A stretch of DNA of 64,000 bases. Source: Escherichia coli (lineage in GTDB: Bacteria; Pseudomonadota; Gammaproteobacteria; Enterobacterales; Enterobacteriaceae). The notes beneath the pieces were generated by a model. That model had not been told where the DNA came from. It worked only from the letters and a program-made list of their open reading frames with translations, and searched no databases. The stretch is from assembly GCF_030013595.1 (NCBI RefSeq), contig NZ_CP122768.1; one strand, 5' to 3'. Of the stretch, positions 12,377 through 27,627 are shown piece by piece. Within the stretch, counting starts at the first letter, position 1. The number at the start of each line of letters is the position of its first letter. Made by a program: the position numbers and the translations under genes.

Positions 12377-13534
12377 TTGAAACGTTGTCTGCTTTTTTCT
12401 GCCGTGCTGTGTGCGGCGTCATTGACCTCCGTCCATGCGGCTCAGCCGATCACTGAACCGGAGTTCGCCTCTGATATTGTCGATCGTTATGCCGATCATA
12501 TTTTTTACGGCAGCGGTGCCACGGGGATGGCGCTGGTTGTTATCGACGGTAACCAGCGCGTCTTTCGCAGTTATGGCGAAACGCGACCTGGTAATAACGT
12601 TCGCCCGCAGCTGGATTCGGTCATACGTATTGCTTCCCTCACCAAGCTAATGACCAGTGAGATGCTGGTGAAATTGCTCGACCAGGGGACCGTGAAGTTA
12701 AACGATCCGCTAAGTAAATATGCTCCGCCAGGCGCACGCGTACCGACTTACAATGGGACGCCCATTACGCTGGTGAATCTGGCAACCCATACCAGCGCCC
12801 TGCCCCGTGAACAGCCCGGTGGCGCGGCACATCGTCCGGTGTTTGTCTGGCCAACGCGCGAGCAACGCTGGAAATACCTTTCCACTGCCAAACTAAAAGT
12901 CGCGCCGGGCAGCCAGGCCGCGTACTCCAACCTCGCATTCGATCTGCTGGCAGATGCACTGGCGAATGCGTCCGGCAAGCCTTATACCCAGTTGTTTGAA
13001 GAGCAGATTACCCGTCCATTGGGGATGAAAGACACCACCTACACCCCCTCGCCGGACCAGTGCCGCCGTTTAATGGTTGCAGAGCGCGGTGCCAGTCCAT
13101 GCAATAACACGCTGGCGGCAATTGGCAGCGGCGGCGTCTATTCCACGCCTGGCGATATGATGCGCTGGATGCAGCAGTATTTGTCATCTGATTTTTATCA
13201 GCGCAGTAACCAGGCTGATCGCATGCAGACGTTGATTTATCAGCGAGCGCAGTTTACAAAAGTGATTGGCATGGATGTCCCCGGCAAAGCGGATGCGCTT
13301 GGTTTAGGCTGGGTATATATGGCCCCGAAAGAGGGTCGTCCGGGGATAATTCAGAAGACAGGTGGTGGTGGCGGTTTCATTACCTATATGGCGATGATCC
13401 CGCAGAAGAACATTGGCGCATTTGTGGTGGTCACTCGTTCGCCATTGACGCGCTTTAAAAATATGAGCGATGGCATCAATGACCTGGTGACCGAACTGAG
13501 CGGGAATAAACCGTTGGTCATCCCCGCGTCCTGA
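12377..13534 (+). CDS. ampH: penicillin-binding protein AmpH (class C beta-lactamase fold)
   Basis: 385-aa ORF with signal peptide and SxxK motif (IASLTKLM). Confidence 0.95.
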   Translation: MKRCLLFSAVLCAASLTSVHAAQPITEPEFASDIVDRYADHIFYGSGATGMALVVIDGNQRVFRSYGETRPGNNVRPQLDSVIRIASLTKLMTSEMLVKLLDQGTVKLNDPLSKYAPPGARVPTYNGTPITLVNLATHTSALPREQPGGAAHRPVFVWPTREQRWKYLSTAKLKVAPGSQAAYSNLAFDLLADALANASGKPYTQLFEEQITRPLGMKDTTYTPSPDQCRRLMVAERGASPCNNTLAAIGSGGVYSTPGDMMRWMQQYLSSDFYQRSNQADRMQTLIYQRAQFTKVIGMDVPGKADALGLGWVYMAPKEGRPGIIQKTGGGGGFITYMAMIPQKNIGAFVVVTRSPLTRFKNMSDGINDLVTELSGNKPLVIPAS

Positions 13535-14217
<683 letters not shown>

Positions 14218-14231
14218 AACCTATTTCTTCA

Positions 14232-17153
<2,922 letters not shown>

Positions 17154-17678
17154 TTGTCATCCCTCCTCAGGGACGTAATAAGTTGATCCATCAATTATCA
17201 ATGCATAGAAAACATATTATGTTTCGCGTTGACGATTATGCGGCGTTATAGAGGAATGGTTCAATTATTCTTTCCCCTAAATCCGATTGCGGACATATAT
17301 AAAGCACGTGAACACACACACAGAAAGAAATAACAAAAACACAATATTTCAATACGTTAATGAAAGCGTTAATTTTAAAACATAGACCATGAAAATATAA
17401 AACAACTAAAACAGACAAATAATGTATCAATAAACAATGAACTTTAAGTTATTCACTTTTTGAAAATGTCACCAAATCCCCAAAAACAATAATCTATGGA
17501 TATAAATAAAAATTAAAAATATTTTCAGTGAATATAAAATTATTGCTGTTTCTATTACAAAGATGTTCTGGCCTCTCTTTCATTCTCTTCTTGTCAACAT
17601 CGCGACAACTTTCGTAAAACATCCCCACCCTGCTTCAGGTATACTATGCCCCTCGATTCCACAAACATCAGGCAGACC

Positions 17679-18653
17679 ATGACAGACTTAATCCAACGCC
17701 CTCGTCGCCTGCGCAAATCTCCTGCGCTGCGCGCTATGTTTGAAGAGACAACACTTAGCCTTAACGACCTGGTGTTGCCGATCTTTGTTGAAGAAGAAAT
17801 TGACGACTACAAAGCCGTTGAAGCCATGCCAGGCGTGATGCGCATTCCAGAGAAACATCTGGCACGCGAAATTGAACGCATCGCCAACGCCGGTATTCGT
17901 TCCGTGATGACTTTCGGCATCTCTCACCATACCGATGAAACCGGCAGCGACGCCTGGCGGGAAGATGGACTGGTGGCGCGTATGTCGCGCATCTGCAAGC
18001 AGACTGTGCCAGAAATGATCGTCATGTCAGACACTTGTTTCTGTGAATACACTTCTCACGGTCACTGCGGTGTGCTGTGCGAGCATGGCGTCGACAACGA
18101 CGCGACTCTGGAAAATTTAGGCAAGCAAGCCGTGGTTGCAGCTGCTGCAGGCGCAGACTTCATCGCCCCTTCCGCCGCGATGGACGGCCAGGTACAGGCA
18201 ATTCGCCATGCGCTGGACGCTGCGGGCTTTAAAGATACGGCGATTATGTCGTATTCGACCAAGTTCGCCTCCTCCTTTTATGGCCCGTTCCGTGAAGCTG
18301 CCGGAAGCGCATTAAAAGGCGACCGCAAAAGCTATCAGATGAACCCAATGAACCGTCGTGAGGCGATTCGTGAGTCACTGCTGGATGAAGCCCAGGGCGC
18401 AGACTGCCTGATGGTGAAACCAGCTGGAGCGTACCTCGACATCGTGCGTGAGCTGCGTGAACGTACTGAATTGCCGATTGGCGCGTATCAGGTGAGCGGT
18501 GAGTATGCGATGATTAAGTTCGCCGCGCTGGCGGGTGCTATAGATGAAGAGAAAGTCGTGCTCGAAAGCTTAGGTTCGATTAAGCGTGCGGGTGCGGATC
18601 TGATTTTCAGCTACTTTGCGCTGGATTTGGCTGAGAAGAAGATTCTGCGTTAA
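17679..18653 (+). CDS. hemB: porphobilinogen synthase (delta-aminolevulinate dehydratase)
   Basis: Start at [13 protein letters not shown] gives 324 aa; HemB/ALAD family. Confidence 0.95.
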   Translation: MTDLIQRPRRLRKSPALRAMFEETTLSLNDLVLPIFVEEEIDDYKAVEAMPGVMRIPEKHLAREIERIANAGIRSVMTFGISHHTDETGSDAWREDGLVARMSRICKQTVPEMIVMSDTCFCEYTSHGHCGVLCEHGVDNDATLENLGKQAVVAAAAGADFIAPSAAMDGQVQAIRHALDAAGFKDTAIMSYSTKFASSFYGPFREAAGSALKGDRKSYQMNPMNRREAIRESLLDEAQGADCLMVKPAGAYLDIVRELRERTELPIGAYQVSGEYAMIKFAALAGAIDEEKVVLESLGSIKRAGADLIFSYFALDLAEKKILR

Positions 18654-18661
18654 TGTTCATT

Positions 18662-18685
18662 ATGCCGGGTTATCCAACCCGGCAT
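18662..18685. terminator. hairpin ATGCCGGGTT-atcc-AACCCGGCAT between convergent hemB and tauD
   Basis: 10-bp inverted repeat with T-rich flank, read from sequence. Confidence 0.6.
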
Positions 18686-18692
18686 TTCCCCC

Positions 18693-19544
18693 TTACCCCG
18701 CCCGATAAAACGGTTTATCCCCAAGGATCGTCGCCCGATGCATAATCCGCCGCTGTGGCAGGTAATCCGCATTGGCATAGTGCTGAGTCACGCGATTATC
18801 CCAAATCGCAATATCATTCGGTTGCCAGCGCCAGCGCACCTGAAACTCCGGTTTGGTGATATGGGCAAACAAAAAACTTAACAAGGCTTCGCTCTCTTTC
18901 TCGCTGACATCAACAATTCGCGTAGTAAAGCCTTCATTCACAAACAGCGCCTGTTTACCGCTCACCGGATGCGTTCGCACCACCGGATGTAGCAACGGCG
19001 GATTTTTCGCGACCGCCTCGCGCCAGCGTTGATGCTCCTCCTCGGTTTTGCGATATTTGTATTCCGGGAACGATTTACGGAAATCATGCTCCGCACGCAA
19101 CCCGCTCAGCAGCTGGCGGAAGGGAACAGAGAGCGCCTCATAGGCCGCAATACCGCTGGTCCAGAGCGTATCGCCGCCGGTCGAGGGTAACTCTTTTGCC
19201 GCCAGAATCGCCCCTGCGGGTGGCGTTTCAATAAATGTCACATCGGTATGCCAGTTGTCGTTATCCGGCGGATTATCGTTATGAGTATCCAGCACGATGA
19301 TCTCGTCAACCCCTTCGGCATGAGGGTAAACAGGATGAATATGCAGCTCGCCAAAACGTTGGGCCAGCGCGCGTTGCTGCAGCGGCGTAATAGCTTGATC
19401 GCGCAGAAACACCACCTGATGGCGCAGCACCGCATGGTAAAGCTGTTCAAACTGATTATCGCTTAACGGGCGCGTCAGGTCGGCACCCGAAATTTGTGCG
19501 CCAATATACGGCCCCAGCGGGGTAATACTCAAACGTTCACTCAT
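18693..19544 (-). CDS. tauD: taurine dioxygenase (alpha-ketoglutarate dependent)
   Basis: 283-aa ORF, TauD/TfdA family. Confidence 0.95.
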   Translation of the reverse strand: MSERLSITPLGPYIGAQISGADLTRPLSDNQFEQLYHAVLRHQVVFLRDQAITPLQQRALAQRFGELHIHPVYPHAEGVDEIIVLDTHNDNPPDNDNWHTDVTFIETPPAGAILAAKELPSTGGDTLWTSGIAAYEALSVPFRQLLSGLRAEHDFRKSFPEYKYRKTEEEHQRWREAVAKNPPLLHPVVRTHPVSGKQALFVNEGFTTRIVDVSEKESEALLSFLFAHITKPEFQVRWRWQPNDIAIWDNRVTQHYANADYLPQRRIMHRATILGDKPFYRAG

Positions 19545-20368
19545 TGTACTTCTCCATGCCAGGGCGTCAGGCGGCGCTGTAACGCGCGCAGACCCAGTTC
19601 TAAAAGAAAGGCGATAATCGCAATCACCGCGATCCCCGCCAGCACCACGTCAGTCGCGAGAAATTCACCCGCTGACTGAACCATAAATCCTAAACCGCGC
19701 GTCGCGGCAATCAGCTCCGCCGCTACCAGCGTAGACCAGCCCACACCCAGACCAATGCGTAATCCGGTGAGGATTTCCGGCAGCGCGCCGGGCAAAATGA
19801 CAAACCACAGCACCTGCGCACGACTGGCACCCAGCGACTGGGCGGCACGAATGCGAACCTGCTGCGCGCTTTTCACCCCCGCCAGCGCCGACATCGCCAC
19901 CGGTGCAAAAATCGCTAAATAGATCAGTAAGATCTTCGAGGTTTCACCAATACCAAACCAGATCACCATCAGCGGCAAATAAGCCAGCGGCGGCACCGGA
20001 CGATAAAGCTCGATTATCGGATCCAGAATGCCGCGCACCGTCGGGCTTAGCCCCATGGCGATCCCGACCGGAATACCGATCAACACCGCCGCGAGTAGTG
20101 CCAGCAAAATGCGCGTCAGGCTGGCTGCAAGATGCTGCCACAGGGTGGCGTCCATAAATCCCTGCGGCCCGGCAATGGTGAGCAGTTTTGCCAGTACCTG
20201 TTGCGGTGGCGGCAAAAACAGCGGGCTAATCAGGTGCAGCGCCACGACTGCCCACCATACAGTGAGCAAAACCGCTAACGTGCCAATGCTTAAGGTCACC
20301 TGACGCGAGAGCGGCCAGCGCCATTTCAGCCGATGCGAATGCAGTTTTTCATTAATGAGCACACTCAT
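19541..20368 (-). CDS. tauC: taurine ABC transporter permease
   Basis: 275-aa multi-TM ORF overlapping tauD start by 4 nt. Confidence 0.95.
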   Translation of the reverse strand: MSVLINEKLHSHRLKWRWPLSRQVTLSIGTLAVLLTVWWAVVALHLISPLFLPPPQQVLAKLLTIAGPQGFMDATLWQHLAASLTRILLALLAAVLIGIPVGIAMGLSPTVRGILDPIIELYRPVPPLAYLPLMVIWFGIGETSKILLIYLAIFAPVAMSALAGVKSAQQVRIRAAQSLGASRAQVLWFVILPGALPEILTGLRIGLGVGWSTLVAAELIAATRGLGFMVQSAGEFLATDVVLAGIAVIAIIAFLLELGLRALQRRLTPWHGEVQ

Positions 20369-21132
20369 GAGAACGCCTCCCGTTGCTCAAATACGCGGCT
20401 TAAAACATATTCGCGCATGGCGATGAATCGTGGATCGGACTTGATGCTGCGGCTCGACTCTCCCGCAACAAAGCGGCGAGCAAAGTTGAGCGGCAGCCGC
20501 TCCAGCACGCGGCCAGGGCCGGGTGAAAGCAGAACCAGTTCAGTCGCCATAAACACCGCTTCTTCTATATCGTGGGTAATCAACAGCACCTGCTTGCCCG
20601 TCTCCTGCCAGAGTTTCAGCAGCAGGGTTTGCATCTGGTCGCGGGTGAAGGCGTCCAGCGCGCCAAACGGTTCATCGAGTAATAACAGCTGGGGATTCGC
20701 CGCCAGCGCGCGGGCAATCCCTACCCGCTGACGTTGACCGCCGGAAAGCTGCCAGATATAGCGTTTTTCTGCGCCTTCCAGTCCCACTTTTTTCAGCATC
20801 TGGTGCGCGATTTCCAGGCGCTGTACTTTCTCTACACCTGCCAGTTGCAGGCCGAACGCCACGTTGTCTACCACATTACGCCACGGCAACAGCCCTTCAT
20901 TCTGAAAAACCACGCCCCGCTCTGCGCCCGGTCCCTCAATGCGTTTGCCCGCCAGTTGAATACTGCCGTGCTGATAAGGCACAAAACCGGCAATCAGATT
21001 CAGCAGGGTGGTTTTACCGCAGCCGGACGGCCCCAGCACCACCAGTAGCTCGCCGCTTTCCAGCGTCAGGTTGATATCTTCCAGCGCCGGTTTGCCGCCA
21101 TAATCGGCATAGAGATGAGAGATTTGCAGCAT
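20365..21132 (-). CDS. tauB: taurine ABC transporter ATP-binding protein
   Basis: 255-aa ORF with Walker [10 protein letters not shown] and signature LSGGQRQRV. Confidence 0.95.
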   Translation of the reverse strand: MLQISHLYADYGGKPALEDINLTLESGELLVVLGPSGCGKTTLLNLIAGFVPYQHGSIQLAGKRIEGPGAERGVVFQNEGLLPWRNVVDNVAFGLQLAGVEKVQRLEIAHQMLKKVGLEGAEKRYIWQLSGGQRQRVGIARALAANPQLLLLDEPFGALDAFTRDQMQTLLLKLWQETGKQVLLITHDIEEAVFMATELVLLSPGPGRVLERLPLNFARRFVAGESSRSIKSDPRFIAMREYVLSRVFEQREAFS

Positions 21133-21144
21133 CTGCGCCTCCTT

Positions 21145-22107
21145 TTATTGCACGAAGCGCGAGGTCACGTACTGGCTGTAATCTTTCGCTACAGCCGGGA
21201 CTTTGCCCTGCTCTTTCAAAAACTGCGCGGTGTCGATGATCGCTTTGTTCACCGGTCCGGTCAGTTCTGCCGTTTGCTGCTGCGGCGTCAGATAGGTATT
21301 CCCCTTCACCAGCCCCGGAACGTCACCTTCAGGTACGCCGCTTAAACGTGCCAGTTTGCTGATGTTTTCCGGCTGTTTCAGCCACGCGTCTGGATTAGCA
21401 ATGTACGGTTGTTGAGCATCGATGGCGCTTTTAGCGAACGCTTTCACGACCTCAGGATGTTTCTCGGCAAAATCTTTGCGCACCACCCAGACGTCCAGCG
21501 TTGGCGCGCCCCACTGCCCGACCTGTTCAGAATCGGTCAACACCTTGCCGTCTTTTTCCAGGGCGTTAACCGCCGGTGCCCAGACATAAGCACCATCAAT
21601 GTCTCCCCGTTGCCATGCGGCGATAATCGCGGGTGGCTGCAGGTTCACTATCTCCACTTGTCCGGGTTTTATACCCCAGTGTTTCAGCGCCGCCAGCAGG
21701 CTGTAGTGGGTGGTGGAGATAAACGGTACGGCGATGCGTTTGCCAATGAGATCTTCCGGTTTGCTGATAGTTTTCTTTACCACCAGCGCTTCGGAGTTAC
21801 CCAGTTTTGACGCCAGTAAGAAGACTTCAATCGGCACCTGTTGGCTGGCTGCCACCGCTAATGGGCTGGAACCGAGGTTACCGATTTGGACATCGCCTGA
21901 AGCCAGCGCCCGCACGATGCTGGCTCCGCTGTCAAACTTGCGCCAGTCCACCGTCGCCCCGCTCTCTTTAGCAAAGGTGTTATCAGCCTGAGCCACTTTC
22001 GCCGGTTCAGCGGAGGTTTGATAGGCCACGGTGACGTTCACCGCCTGTGCCTGAAAAGCGATGAATGCCAGTGCGGCAAGAAGTGTGTTACGCGATGAAA
22101 TTGCCAT
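21145..22107 (-). CDS. tauA: taurine ABC transporter periplasmic binding protein
   Basis: Start at MAISSRNTLLAALAFIAFQAQA (signal peptide), 320 aa; ORF track begins 19 codons upstream. Confidence 0.9.
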   Translation of the reverse strand: MAISSRNTLLAALAFIAFQAQAVNVTVAYQTSAEPAKVAQADNTFAKESGATVDWRKFDSGASIVRALASGDVQIGNLGSSPLAVAASQQVPIEVFLLASKLGNSEALVVKKTISKPEDLIGKRIAVPFISTTHYSLLAALKHWGIKPGQVEIVNLQPPAIIAAWQRGDIDGAYVWAPAVNALEKDGKVLTDSEQVGQWGAPTLDVWVVRKDFAEKHPEVVKAFAKSAIDAQQPYIANPDAWLKQPENISKLARLSGVPEGDVPGLVKGNTYLTPQQQTAELTGPVNKAIIDTAQFLKEQGKVPAVAKDYSQYVTSRFVQ

Positions 22108-22715
22108 GATTGTCTGCTCCCCTGTCTTGTTATAGGAGCAGTATTCAGGAATAAAAACATTCATTAAAAGAATTAGTCGTTATCGCACAGATGATTTTAT
22201 TCTTAGCAAAAAAGCGGCAAAGGAAAGATTAAATATGCAATTACACCCACTCTGACAATTCAGTAAGTTACTGCACTTCATTTTTATTAATGCATAAACA
22301 AGCAGAACATAATGTCTTTTATTTTATTAACAGCAATACATATAATGAAATCATTATATTCACATTGCATATATAACTGTATCATTCTCAATCAACCACA
22401 TAATACATTCACATAATGTATATAATCCATATTTGTGCCTAGAACATATTTTTAATATGTAATTAATTGACAAACTAAATCACATCTAAATACAATATAT
22501 AAAACAAAATAACTATACAAACCAAACACACAAACACTTAACATATGAACTACATAAAAGATTACGCAGTCGTATCCCCGTACCTGAAAGCCCCTTATTT
22601 TTCAGCTATCAGTAATTTTTAACACTTAAAAATTAGCATCTGTCTGTGCCAGAGATTACGTCTCTGCGGGCATCGTTGTGCTTGTAGTATAATAAATAAA
22701 ATGGAGTGTCATTAA

Positions 22716-23387
22716 GTGGATAAGGTTTTAGATTCAGCCATCCTTTCTTCGGCAAATAAAAGAAAGGGTATCCTTGCTATTGGCGCACATCCTGACGATA
22801 TAGAATTGGGCTGTGGCGCGTCGCTTGCTCGTCTTGCGCAAAAAGGAATTTATATCGCAGCCGTGGTGATGACTACCGGCAACTCTGGCACAGATGGAAT
22901 AATCGATCGCCATGAAGAATCGCGCAACGCCCTAAAGATATTAGGGTGCCACCAAACTATTCATCTTAATTTTGCTGACACCCGCGCGTATTTACAGCTC
23001 AATGATATGATTTCCGCCCTGGAAGACATCATTAAAAATCAAATTCCTTCTGATGTTGAAATCATGCGGGTATATACCATGCATGATGCCGACCGCCATC
23101 AGGATCATCTTGCTGTTTATCAAGCTTCAATGGTTGCCTGCCGAACTATTCCACAAATTCTCGGCTACGAAACCCCAAGCACCTGGCTTTCATTTATGCC
23201 TCAGGTTTTTGAATCCGTTAAAGAAGAATATTTCACAGTCAAACTTGCTGCATTAAAAAAACATAAAAGCCAGGAACGACGCGATTATATGCGTCATGAT
23301 CGCCTGCGTGCAGTTGCACAATTTCGCGGGCAACAGGTCAATAGCGATCTGGGTGAAGGCTTTGTAATTCATAAAATGATTCTTTGA
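22716..23387 (+). CDS. yaiS: PIG-L/LmbE-family N-acetylglucosaminyl deacetylase
   Basis: 223-aa ORF from a GTG codon with AHPDDIELGCG motif; true start uncertain. Confidence 0.8.
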   Translation: MDKVLDSAILSSANKRKGILAIGAHPDDIELGCGASLARLAQKGIYIAAVVMTTGNSGTDGIIDRHEESRNALKILGCHQTIHLNFADTRAYLQLNDMISALEDIIKNQIPSDVEIMRVYTMHDADRHQDHLAVYQASMVACRTIPQILGYETPSTWLSFMPQVFESVKEEYFTVKLAALKKHKSQERRDYMRHDRLRAVAQFRGQQVNSDLGEGFVIHKMIL

Positions 23388-23396
23388 GCAAATTGC

Positions 23397-24593
23397 ATGA
23401 AAACCTGGATATTTATCTGTATGTCCATAGCAATGTTGCTATGGTTTTTAAGTACGCTAAAACGTAAACCCAGTCAAAAGAAAGGCTGTATTGACGCCAT
23501 TATACCTGCTTATAACGAAGGCCCGTGTCTGGCACAGTCACTGGATAATCTGCTGCGTAATCCTTATTTTTGCCGGGTAATTTGCGTAAACGACGGCTCC
23601 ACGGACAATACCGAAGCGGTCATGGCGGAAGTCAAACGCAAATGGGGCGACCGCTTTGTTGCCGTCACGCAAAAAAATACCGGTAAAGGTGGTGCGCTGA
23701 TGAATGGCCTCAATTACGCCACCTGCGACCAGGTTTTTTTAAGTGATGCCGACACCTATGTTCCGCCCGATCAAGACGGAATGGGCTATATGCTTGCAGA
23801 AATAGAGCGCGGTGCTGATGCCGTAGGCGGCATTCCCTCTACTGCGTTGAAAGGCGCGGGTCTGTTACCGCACATCCGCGCGACCGTAAAGTTGCCGATG
23901 ATTGTTATGAAGCGCACGCTACAGCAGCTCCTGGGCGGCGCACCGTTTATTATCAGCGGTGCCTGCGGGATGTTCCGTACTGATGTATTGCGTAAGTTCG
24001 GTTTCTCTGATCGTACTAAAGTCGAAGACCTTGATCTCACCTGGACATTGGTGGCAAACGGCTATCGTATTCGGCAGGCGAATCGCTGCATCGTATACCC
24101 ACAGGAATGCAACAGCCCGCGTGAGGAATGGCGTCGCTGGCGGCGTTGGATTGTGGGCTACGCGGTCTGTATGCGCCTGCATAAAAGGCTTTTATTTAGC
24201 CGCTTCGGTATCTTCAGTATATTTCCTATGCTGTTGGTTGTGCTTTATGGCGTTGGGATTTATCTCACTACCTGGTTTAATGAATTCATCACCACCGGGC
24301 CGTATGGTGTGGTGTTGGCAATGTTTCCGCTTATCTGGGTCGGCGTAGTTTGTGTTATTGGTGCTTTTAGCGCCTGGTTTCATCGTTGCTGGTTGTTGGT
24401 GCCTTTAGCACCGCTTTCCGTTGTGTATGTATTATTAGCTTATGCCATCTGGATTATTTATGGACTTATTGCCTTTTTTACTGGACGCGAACCTCAGCGC
24501 GACAAACCCACCCGCTATTCCGCACTGGTGGAAGCGTCAACCTCTTATTCCCAACCTTCTGTCACAGGAACTGAAAAACTTTCTGAAGCTTAA
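23397..24593 (+). CDS. yaiP: membrane-embedded family-2 glycosyltransferase (processive-synthase-like)
   Basis: 398-aa ORF: N-terminal TM, GT2 DAD motif, RRWRRW (QxxRW-like) motif, C-terminal TM helices. Confidence 0.85.
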   Translation: MKTWIFICMSIAMLLWFLSTLKRKPSQKKGCIDAIIPAYNEGPCLAQSLDNLLRNPYFCRVICVNDGSTDNTEAVMAEVKRKWGDRFVAVTQKNTGKGGALMNGLNYATCDQVFLSDADTYVPPDQDGMGYMLAEIERGADAVGGIPSTALKGAGLLPHIRATVKLPMIVMKRTLQQLLGGAPFIISGACGMFRTDVLRKFGFSDRTKVEDLDLTWTLVANGYRIRQANRCIVYPQECNSPREEWRRWRRWIVGYAVCMRLHKRLLFSRFGIFSIFPMLLVVLYGVGIYLTTWFNEFITTGPYGVVLAMFPLIWVGVVCVIGAFSAWFHRCWLLVPLAPLSVVYVLLAYAIWIIYGLIAFFTGREPQRDKPTRYSALVEASTSYSQPSVTGTEKLSEA

Positions 24594-25152
24594 TGTTAAA
24601 GAGAAAAATATTCAGATTGCAGACCAGGTAATTATTGATGAAACTGCAGGTGAAGTTGTTATCGGCGCGAATACCCGTATTTGTCACGGTGCCGTTATTC
24701 AGGGTCCGGTAGTGATTGGCGCAAACTGCCTGATAGGTAATTATGCGTTTATTCGTCCTGGCACAATAATCAGCAATGGCGTAAAAATTGGTTTCGCCAC
24801 CGAAATTAAAAATGCGGTTATTGAAGCGGAAGCAACGATTGGTCCGCAATGCTTTATCGCCGACTCGGTAGTTGCAAACCAGGCATATTTGGGCGCACAA
24901 GTACGTACCAGTAATCATCGTCTGGATCAACAGCCCGTGTCTGTTCGAACTCCAGAGGGAATTATCGCTACCGAATGCGATAAATTAGGTTGTTATATCG
25001 GGCAGCGTTCACGCCTTGGCGTACAAGTTATTATTTTGCCTGGGCGAATTATTTCCCCGAACACGCAACTTGGCCCGCGCGTGATTGTAGAACGTAATTT
25101 ACCTACCGGAACTTATTCACTCCGACAAGAACTTATCCGTACAGGAGATTAA
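24442..25152 (+). CDS. yaiX: hexapeptide-repeat (left-handed beta-helix) acyltransferase
   Basis: 236-aa ORF with isoleucine-patch repeats (VIGANTRICHGAVIQGPVVIGANCLIGNYAFI...); first in-frame ATG overlaps yaiP by about 150 nt, so the start is uncertain. Confidence 0.65.
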   Translation: MPSGLFMDLLPFLLDANLSATNPPAIPHWWKRQPLIPNLLSQELKNFLKLNVKEKNIQIADQVIIDETAGEVVIGANTRICHGAVIQGPVVIGANCLIGNYAFIRPGTIISNGVKIGFATEIKNAVIEAEATIGPQCFIADSVVANQAYLGAQVRTSNHRLDQQPVSVRTPEGIIATECDKLGCYIGQRSRLGVQVIILPGRIISPNTQLGPRVIVERNLPTGTYSLRQELIRTGD

Positions 25153-25153
25153 A

Positions 25154-25927
25154 ATGATAAAACGGACGTTATTAGCGGCAGCAATTTTTAGCACATTGCC
25201 CGCTTATGCCGGGTTAACTTCCATTACCGCGGGCTACGATTTTACCGATTATTCTGGCGATCATGGCAACCGTAATTTAGCGTATGCTGAACTGGTGGCG
25301 AAAGTTGAAAACGCAACGCTGCTTTTTAATCTTTCCCAGGGGCGTCGTGATTATGAAACTGAACATTTCAATGCCACTCGCGGTCAGGGTGTGGTCTGGT
25401 ATAAATGGAATAACTGGCTGACAACCCGAACGGGTATTGCCTTTGCGGATAATACGCCGGTCTTTGCCCGCCAGGATTTTCGTCAGGATATTAACCTGGC
25501 ACTGTTGCCAAAAACGCTTTTCACGACCGGTTATCGCTACACGAAATATTACGATGATGTCGAAGTCGATGCCTGGCAAGGCGGCGTATCACTCTATACT
25601 GGCCCGGTGATCACCAGCTATCGCTATACCCATTATGACTCCAGCGATGCAGGTGGTAGTTACAGCAATATGATTTCCGTGCGTCTGAATGACCCGCGCG
25701 GCACTGGTTATACGCAACTATGGCTAAGCCGCGGAACAGGTGCTTACACCTATGACTGGACGCCAGAAACACGCTACGGCAGCATGAAGAGCGTCAGTTT
25801 GCAACGTATTCAACCGCTGACTGAGCAACTTAATCTCGGGCTGACGGCAGGTAAAGTGTGGTACGACACCCCAACCGATGATTATAACGGTCTGCAACTT
25901 GCAGCCCATCTGACCTGGAAATTCTGA
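25154..25927 (+). CDS. yaiO: outer-membrane beta-barrel protein YaiO
   Basis: 257-aa ORF with signal peptide, alternating aromatic beta-strand pattern and C-terminal ...HLTWKF. Confidence 0.85.
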   Translation: MIKRTLLAAAIFSTLPAYAGLTSITAGYDFTDYSGDHGNRNLAYAELVAKVENATLLFNLSQGRRDYETEHFNATRGQGVVWYKWNNWLTTRTGIAFADNTPVFARQDFRQDINLALLPKTLFTTGYRYTKYYDDVEVDAWQGGVSLYTGPVITSYRYTHYDSSDAGGSYSNMISVRLNDPRGTGYTQLWLSRGTGAYTYDWTPETRYGSMKSVSLQRIQPLTEQLNLGLTAGKVWYDTPTDDYNGLQLAAHLTWKF

Positions 25928-26037
25928 TTCCTTCTGCCGCCCGCTATCCGGGGCGGCCTTCCCTGCCGATTAGCCCCACCCCCTTTCCTCTTTGTTTTCC
26001 GACCACATTCACCGGATAAATTTTATTCTCCAGTGTT

Positions 26038-26090
26038 ATATACTATAGGGGGGTATGCATTGACATATAGCATACCCCCCTATAGTATAT
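26038..26090 (+). promoter_or_regulatory. frmRAB promoter/operator: perfect inverted repeat ATATACTATAGGGGGGTATGC - 11 bp - GCATACCCCCCTATAGTATAT
   Basis: 21-bp arms with G6/C6 tracts read from sequence, about 25 bp upstream of the frmR start. Confidence 0.6.
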
Positions 26091-26114
26091 TGCATGCAGA
26101 TGATGAGGTGCGAA

Positions 26115-26390
26115 ATGCCCAGTACTCCGGAAGAGAAGAAAAAGGTCCTTACTCGAGTTCGTCGTATTCGGGGGCAGATTGATGCTCTGGAACGGTCGCT
26201 GGAGGGTGATGCCGAATGCCGTGCCATACTCCAACAGATCGCTGCCGTTCGGGGCGCGGCTAACGGGCTGATGGCAGAAGTGCTTGAAAGCCATATCCGG
26301 GAAACGTTTGACCGAAATGACTGCTACAGCCGCGAAGTCAGCCAATCCGTTGACGACACTATTGAACTGGTTCGTGCCTATCTTAAATAG
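26115..26390 (+). CDS. frmR: formaldehyde-responsive repressor FrmR (CsoR/RcnR family)
   Basis: Start at [21 protein letters not shown] gives 91 aa. Confidence 0.9.
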
Positions 26391-26394
26391 CTGA

Positions 26395-27534
<1,140 letters not shown>

Positions 27535-27627
27535 TTTCCCGCAGGTTTTACCCCGTCCAGTTCAGGCGGGGTTCTTAATACTCTCCCCGGGCAGCCGTCC
27601 GGGGGATTAACCGTGAGATAATGACTG

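Noticed and set aside
17236..17430. 64-aa hydrophobic ORF upstream of yaiT
   Set aside because: It lies in the extremely AT-rich promoter region where random ORFs encode Ile/Leu/Phe-rich peptides; no ribosome-binding site or conservation evidence.
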